Source: Hormiphora californensis
Taxonomy: Eukaryota > Animalia > Ctenophora
Length of the DNA stretch: 64,000 nt
Assembly (NCBI GenBank): GCA_020137815.1
Contig: CM035358.1
Coordinates: 7,750,001-7,814,000 of the forward strand
Direction: 5' to 3'
Below are positions 57,859-64,000 of this stretch, piece by piece; position 1 is the first letter of the stretch; every line of letters starts with the position of its first letter. The translations under genes and the position numbers were made by a program. Under the pieces are notes generated by a model. That model saw only the letters and a program-made list of their open reading frames with translations, ran no database searches and had not been told where the DNA came from.

Positions 57859-59197
57859 GGGAACCGCAATGCTTCTTGGCTTTTAATCAAAGTGTGTGAT
57901 TCATCTCTCTCGCTTGGGTTTACATATATCTTCATCTGAGTGGGTTTATCTTTTCCAAGGACACATCTGATGATTGGGTTTATTTCTCTCCTCGCTGTTC
58001 ACTGCAATGTTTGTGTTCAGTGCAGGCTATATATTTTCACATCATGTGCTGCTCATTACTAATGTTACATGTTAGTATCTCACATTATTACTACTCACAT
58101 TATGTGGCTTGTTTGTTAGTTTTAAATGTTCAAAACTCCCCGTTTCTTCAAAGTCAGGAATGACACCTCAATATATAATACTCGTCAAATATGTCTTTTT
58201 TATGTCAATTAAAAGCGTTTTGTGAGGCAAGTTGTGATTTTATAGGGACACACGTTATATTAATGTCATATATTATAAGGTGTACCAAGGAAGATATAAG
58301 AGTTCAATATATGCACAAACATTTAATTAAAATATATATTTTGCAAGATTTTACCCCTTTCAAAAAGCTGCTGCAATGACCCAAATGAGATTTTAAAAAC
58401 AGTTTACTGCAAGTTTTTTTAAGAATTTTAAGGTTATTGTCAAAACGGTATATTGTTTTGAAGAATTTTCAACAAAAATTCATATTCAAGCACATTTCAA
58501 ATGATCTGTACATCATTACAATTTCACGCGTTCCAGTCTACTGCAGCACCCATGACCAGTGGTTGAGTAAGGGAGAAATACCCCTTACTCAACTCCCCAC
58601 TCATTCAGTAAACAAAGGTGCCATTTGGCATTTGGGTAGCACCTGTCAGGCCAATGCTTTGACAAGGTAGCATAGTGTTACATCTTCTTTATCACGATTC
58701 ATTATCTTCAATGCTGATTATTGAAAGCTTTATGTGTGTGCTTCATTTTCTGTGTGAGTCTTCGAATGCTATTACAAGCCCATGAGTGTGTGTGTGTGTG
58801 TGTGGTTTTGCTACTACAAGTTTTCCTCAGCCGCGAGCTGCAGATCAATTGAAGATCATCATCTCCGTTTGTCATCATGTGTCTACTGTCACGTGTCCAA
58901 GTTTTCTTGGACCTCGGTGTTTCTCAGTGTTTCTCTTGTATTCCTCGTAAGGCGATCCATGTAACCTTTCGACCCACACTTCGACCCGCTCTTCTATCGA
59001 TGTGATCCCTGTCCTTGAAAATCACGAGTATCAATTTGTATCCCCGTCCTCTGTCTCCGTTAATTGTTTGAGTGGAACCACTCTCAACAAGTCTCAGTGG
59101 CAACTTGATCTGCAGATCCCTTCCTAGACAATGTGGTCGCTTTTACCAGCTCAAGTGTTTTACCCAGTTCCTTGTTACTCAATTCCTCCAATAACAG

Positions 59198-60262
59198 GTG
59201 GCAGGTTCTAGTTTCGACAGAGGAGGAGGAAGAACCCACAAACCAATCGAGCGAGACAAATACCCCGGTAGTTGCTTCCGACTACCTGACCAGTTTGATC
59301 GTGAGAAATCTCTCACCTCCCGGGGCGCTCGTCACACCTCTGTTTCCCAACAAAACATCCCTGCCGACATAGATCCTGCATTCATGAACGCGTATTTGTT
59401 GTCAAGGTTACAATTTGAGGAGTTCCTCCGCAACCAATCGGAGATGTTTCATCAGTACATGATAGAGCAGGCATCCTATAAATCATCCGATACTTCCTCC
59501 CGGAACCGAACTTCATCCTCACAATCAGACAACAATCGAGTCACTACACCCGCGTATTCGGTACCAGTGAAACTGAAGGACCGGTGTCGTATCTCGTCAA
59601 AAGTTAGTGATTTAGGGTACGAGCGAATTGACCATACCATTGCAAATTGTTCCTCCGCAACGAGCGGCGTGGTTTCCATGGTGAATGGCAAGGATAACCA
59701 TGACAACGATGATGCTCTCACTCACACCACAAGTTTCACTCCACCTCGGTCAGTTGCCATGTCCGAACCAACCTTCAAGTACTTTGACGAAAATGCCAGC
59801 GCGAGTATCGTAAGAACTAGTTCTCTAACAGAACTGCAATCCATGGTTGATCACTGTATAATGCCGGATGAGAGTGAAGTTCTAATTCCCTCGCCCCCTG
59901 CCCGGGTGAATCGTGGTAATTGTCCAGTTGTACCTCGGGCTAGGGTAGTGTCCCCTCCTCCCTCACCTGATAGTAAACACCAAATGTTGCTGGGCGGTGT
60001 TCTCTCCGTGCCCCATGCCAACAAGTACGTTGATAGTCGGACTTTAAAACGGCCGGGCTCTGCAAAGTCCGAAACGGTACCAGTGGTACAAAATGGGAAC
60101 CATAATCATATCCCCGAGTTACCGGAGCCACCCTCCGATCAATTGAACTCGGATTCATCGACGAACAGTTTAATTAAGGCTAAATCCACCAAATCGAAAC
60201 TCTTTTCTTGGAAAAGGTCCAAGAAGAAAGATCCGAAAAAACAGGAAGTACCGGCGGAATAA
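59198..60262 (+). CDS. Large probable terminal exon of an unidentified Ser/Pro-rich protein
   Basis: 354-codon ORF that begins right after an ATAACAG acceptor; AT-rich 3' UTR-like sequence follows. No domain recognised. Confidence 0.65.
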   Translation: MAGSSFDRGGGRTHKPIERDKYPGSCFRLPDQFDREKSLTSRGARHTSVSQQNIPADIDPAFMNAYLLSRLQFEEFLRNQSEMFHQYMIEQASYKSSDTSSRNRTSSSQSDNNRVTTPAYSVPVKLKDRCRISSKVSDLGYERIDHTIANCSSATSGVVSMVNGKDNHDNDDALTHTTSFTPPRSVAMSEPTFKYFDENASASIVRTSSLTELQSMVDHCIMPDESEVLIPSPPARVNRGNCPVVPRARVVSPPPSPDSKHQMLLGGVLSVPHANKYVDSRTLKRPGSAKSETVPVVQNGNHNHIPELPEPPSDQLNSDSSTNSLIKAKSTKSKLFSWKRSKKKDPKKQEVPAE

Positions 60263-61122
60263 TTTGTATCTAGGGGGTAAGAATTGGGTGTTATATTGTT
60301 TATGGATTTTTATTGAAGCATGTTTAGAGACGTTATAGTTCTGATTCGTTACAAGTTAATTGGAGCGTGATTTTATTGTTTAAACAATGATTTTAGGTAT
60401 TGTGGAATCGAAAATGACAATTTGAATGGTAAACCCAATTATATTTATAACTACTGTGGGCTGAGATATAGATTCTTTAGGATGGGGACTGGGAGGGCAT
60501 GATTTAAACTATTGATATTGGATTCCATTCGATGTTGTCTAGCGATCCCGTGAGCTCAAATCGCTGCCACCTGATTTGATAAATGTGGGTGTGAAATAGG
60601 AATTAGGATGCATGATAGAAAATATGATTATATTGTTGAGAGAGACAGATAATTATAAAGAAAGATATTTTTACATCTGTATAATTTATTTCTACCAAAA
60701 TTTTACCATGGACGTTTGAACGAATTGTGGTTACCGTTTATCTGCGTTTCAAAAAAAAAGAATCATTTGATAAATCATCATCCAGAGTAGTAGATCATCT
60801 GTTGAATCCATCCTGCAACCACTACCAAATTCACCCAAGTTGTACAACTACATTGGCAGCGAAGCTGCCAACTTCGTCGCGCCACGTATGTACTGGGGAT
60901 GGCGTGACGTGCCCAAAGAACTACATAACACACATTCAAGATGCTCATAAAGCTAACAAAAAATACGAGAGCTTCCGAATACCTGAAACATGAAAGAACG
61001 GATTGATTTTCGTTCAACTTCAAATGAACGGATTTAAGAGGAAATTGATCAGTGGTTATGATATAAGTTGCTTTCTGGTGAACTTCAAGTTCAAGCTCTA
61101 TCTGAATCTCTCACTCTTTCTC

Positions 61123-61212
<90 letters not shown>

Positions 61213-61356
61213 TCTTTCCCTTCCTCTATCTACATCTCTCCATCCTTCTATCTCTCATATTTCAAGACACTACCTGGTCATCACTCCCCTTATTTCTTTC
61301 TAGGGCGCTGCAGGGAATAATATGCTCTTCCTACACCCGGTTATTGAGTTGGGAGG

Positions 61357-61477
<121 letters not shown>

Positions 61478-62958
61478 GAGAGAGAGAGAAGATAGGATAG
61501 AGGGGGGTAGGGAGGAAGAGAGAGGGAGTGATATAGAGATAAAAGCGGTTAAGGTTTGCCTCCTACATATTTATGATCATTTAATATTTGGTTACTTGTA
61601 AGAATTAAACAAGTAAACATTCGACATTATTCGAAACAAAATGCGTTATGTTATACCGTTGTTTAATGTTTTCAAAATGTACAGGAATGTTGATGAACGA
61701 TCGTTGCAAAAGTAACCTGTCTCCTGTCAGTCCAATGCTCTGACCACAGTTCTCGCGCGCTCCGCGAAAGAAATGAGAATAGGGTCAGGCCAATGCTCTG
61801 ACAGCCTGTCTCGGTAAATTATGCCATCTGCTCTGCCAGGCCAATGCTCTGACAGCTGCTACTAACTCCATCTTGTTATGCTGATAGCATGGTGAAAGCT
61901 TCTTTAGTTCAAATCCTTTTGCGGTGAAACAAGGTCGAGCAAGGCGAGGCCAGGTAAAAGCACTAGCATGCCCAGCGATGCTGCTTGCTAATTTACCAAA
62001 CCATTCCACCTGCCTGACTAATGAAGATTCTGCTAGGTTAGCTATGATATAGCTAATCAATCCCAGCCTTGACATTCACTGTCTGGCGGCACCGCCAACC
62101 CAATTTGAGCGCACTAGTGTCAGTATTGTCGCTCGATTTTTGAGGGAGTATGGCGCCGCCAGACAGGACTTTCACACGTGTGTTTGTTTAGGAATTCCAC
62201 GGTTGAAAGTTACAAGTTGCACCTCTCCCTTCAATAGTTGAACACATGTTGAGTGTAACTAGGAAGTATACCCCTCCTTTGCACTGGCAGAAGGCACGGA
62301 GAGCTTAAGTAGTCGGCCTTTATAGGACTCGCATATGATATTCCTGAGTGTGTTCCCTTTTGTTCCTCATTTTCATCTTCCCACTGCCAGGCCAATGCTC
62401 TGACCACGCGCTCACTCCTTACTTGAAAGAAATGAGAATGGGTTAGGCCAATGCTAGCTGACAGTCTTCACATAGAAGATGAAATGGTAGATTCCTGATC
62501 TTGGCGCTTGTGAGATATTCCTTCAAGTCGTGAAACTCAACCAGACCATTTCACAAGCTGTACTCATTATGTTGGAAAATTTGATCTCAGGGATTTCGAA
62601 TAATAATATATGTTGAGTAATGAGTATAGGGTCAATCTTCATACCTCTGATCGTAGCCTGGCGTGGACGAATAGAAAGTGATTGCTTGCAACAAAAACCC
62701 TTCATTGCAGATTGTAGAACCATGTTGATCTTCGTTCAACGTTATATACAATCATGATCTATGCAAACATCTTACATGACTCGGCGTTTATTACATCATC
62801 AGAGTTCTCTAGTCCTTCTATCATCTCCTCTATCTGATCTATCTATTTTCTCTCTATCGAGCAGCGAGGGTCGCGCCGGCGCGCGCGCGCGGCGGCGGCG
62901 CGGCGCTCTCTATCTCTCGCGTCTCTCCTTCTCTCTATCTCGTTCTCTCTCGATCCGC

Positions 62959-62999
<41 letters not shown>

Positions 63000-63025
63000 T
63001 ACCTCTCTCTCTTTCTTACTATCTT

Positions 63026-63076
<51 letters not shown>

Positions 63077-63272
63077 CACTACTCATCAGGAGAGGCCAAT
63101 ATATTGCTTTCATTGCATTCTCTATTGACACCTGTCCTTTCCCTGGACCTCGGCCCAAGTATGGAGCTGATAGTGCAGGGTGGAGGACATACCATGGCGA
63201 TTCTTTTTTATGAGTTGGGCAATCAATTAGTCATTATAATGGGACATATGGTTTTGATATTATAGTCATAAG

Positions 63273-63617
63273 GGGAAATTTAGTAGAATGGAATTGAGCT
63301 CCAGAATCACCAAAAATCTAGTCTGCTGGAGCTCCAGCGTGCGATCAGTCCTGTTTGTGTCTATCACCGTTACGTCACTGTCAGAGCATTGGCCTGACCC
63401 TATTCGGCCTCGGAGTGCGTGAGAACTGTGGCCTGACAGCCGTCACTACGCAAAAGCTTTGTAACCTTTTTAGGAGCATCTCGAGTGTAATGGGGCAAAT
63501 TCAGTCTCCACATCAGATTCCAAAAAAGGCACACTAGATTTTTTGTAATTCTGGAGCTCCAGTACTGCCAGAATGGACTTTGCACTGTGCTGGAAGTCCA
63601 TTCTACTAGATTTCACC
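63273..63617. mobile_element. MITE-like element with imperfect TIRs
   Basis: GAAATTTAGTAGAATGGA / TCCATTCTACTAGATTTC and GAGCTCCAGAAT..AAAAATCTAGT / ACTAGATTTTT..ATTCTGGAGCTC inverted pairs. Confidence 0.55.
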
Positions 63618-63849
63618 GCATGTTTTTATTGGGTTGTTAGCCACAAGCTGTTACCATGGCAGAATACGAGGTTTCCTCAGCGTCTTCCCAGTCATTCTTC
63701 CTTGAGGCTGTCTCATCACCATTATATTTGTCCCCCCACTGATTGACCACCGTGAGAAGGTTTCTACACAGAGAGAGATTTATCTGAGTGAGTATGCCCA
63801 TTAGCAAGCAGAGAGACTCAGACAGTCAGACAGTTGTCGAGTAAGGGGT

Positions 63850-63975
63850 GAGAGAAGGAGGGAGTAGAGAGACTGAGAAGGAAGGGAGTAGAGAGACTGA
63901 GAAGGAGGGAGTAGAGAGACTGAGAAGGAAGAGATGGAGGGAGACTGAGAAGGAGGGAGTAGAGAGACTGAGAGG
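63850..63975 (+). repeat. ~23-27-bp purine-rich tandem repeat
   Basis: GAGAAGGAGGGAGTAGAGAGACT units. Confidence 0.9.
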
Positions 63976-64000
63976 GTTGTTTCCTAGTTTTACTGACTCA

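Overview
Intron-containing animal genomic DNA, most likely a ctenophore (Pleurobrachia/Hormiphora-like). That assignment is inferred from a recalled ctenophore spliced-leader (SL) sequence, short introns, dense (CT)n tracts and the MITEs, and needs a database check. Genes, in order: the 3' part of a GCN2-like eIF2-alpha kinase; a 5-exon orphan gene; a FoxQ2-like forkhead gene lacking its 5' part; UPRT lacking its 3' part; DDOST/OST48; a secreted ~15x ShKT-domain protein with a mucin-like stalk; ODF2/cenexin spread over ~28 kb with an antisense nested GPCR; and several unassigned exons. Mobile DNA includes a near-complete APE-type (CR1/L2-like) LINE, an R4/Dong-like fragment and many MITE/foldback elements. 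Top finding: the LINE starts with a ~38-nt copy of the trans-spliced leader, 21 nt upstream of its first ATG. A 10-bp hairpin pairs the SL 3' end with the element's own 5' UTR, which suggests a retrotransposon that uses host SL trans-splicing to define its 5' end. About 40.5-50.4 kb is low-quality sequence around a 100-N gap, and single-base frameshifts throughout the window are probably consensus errors.
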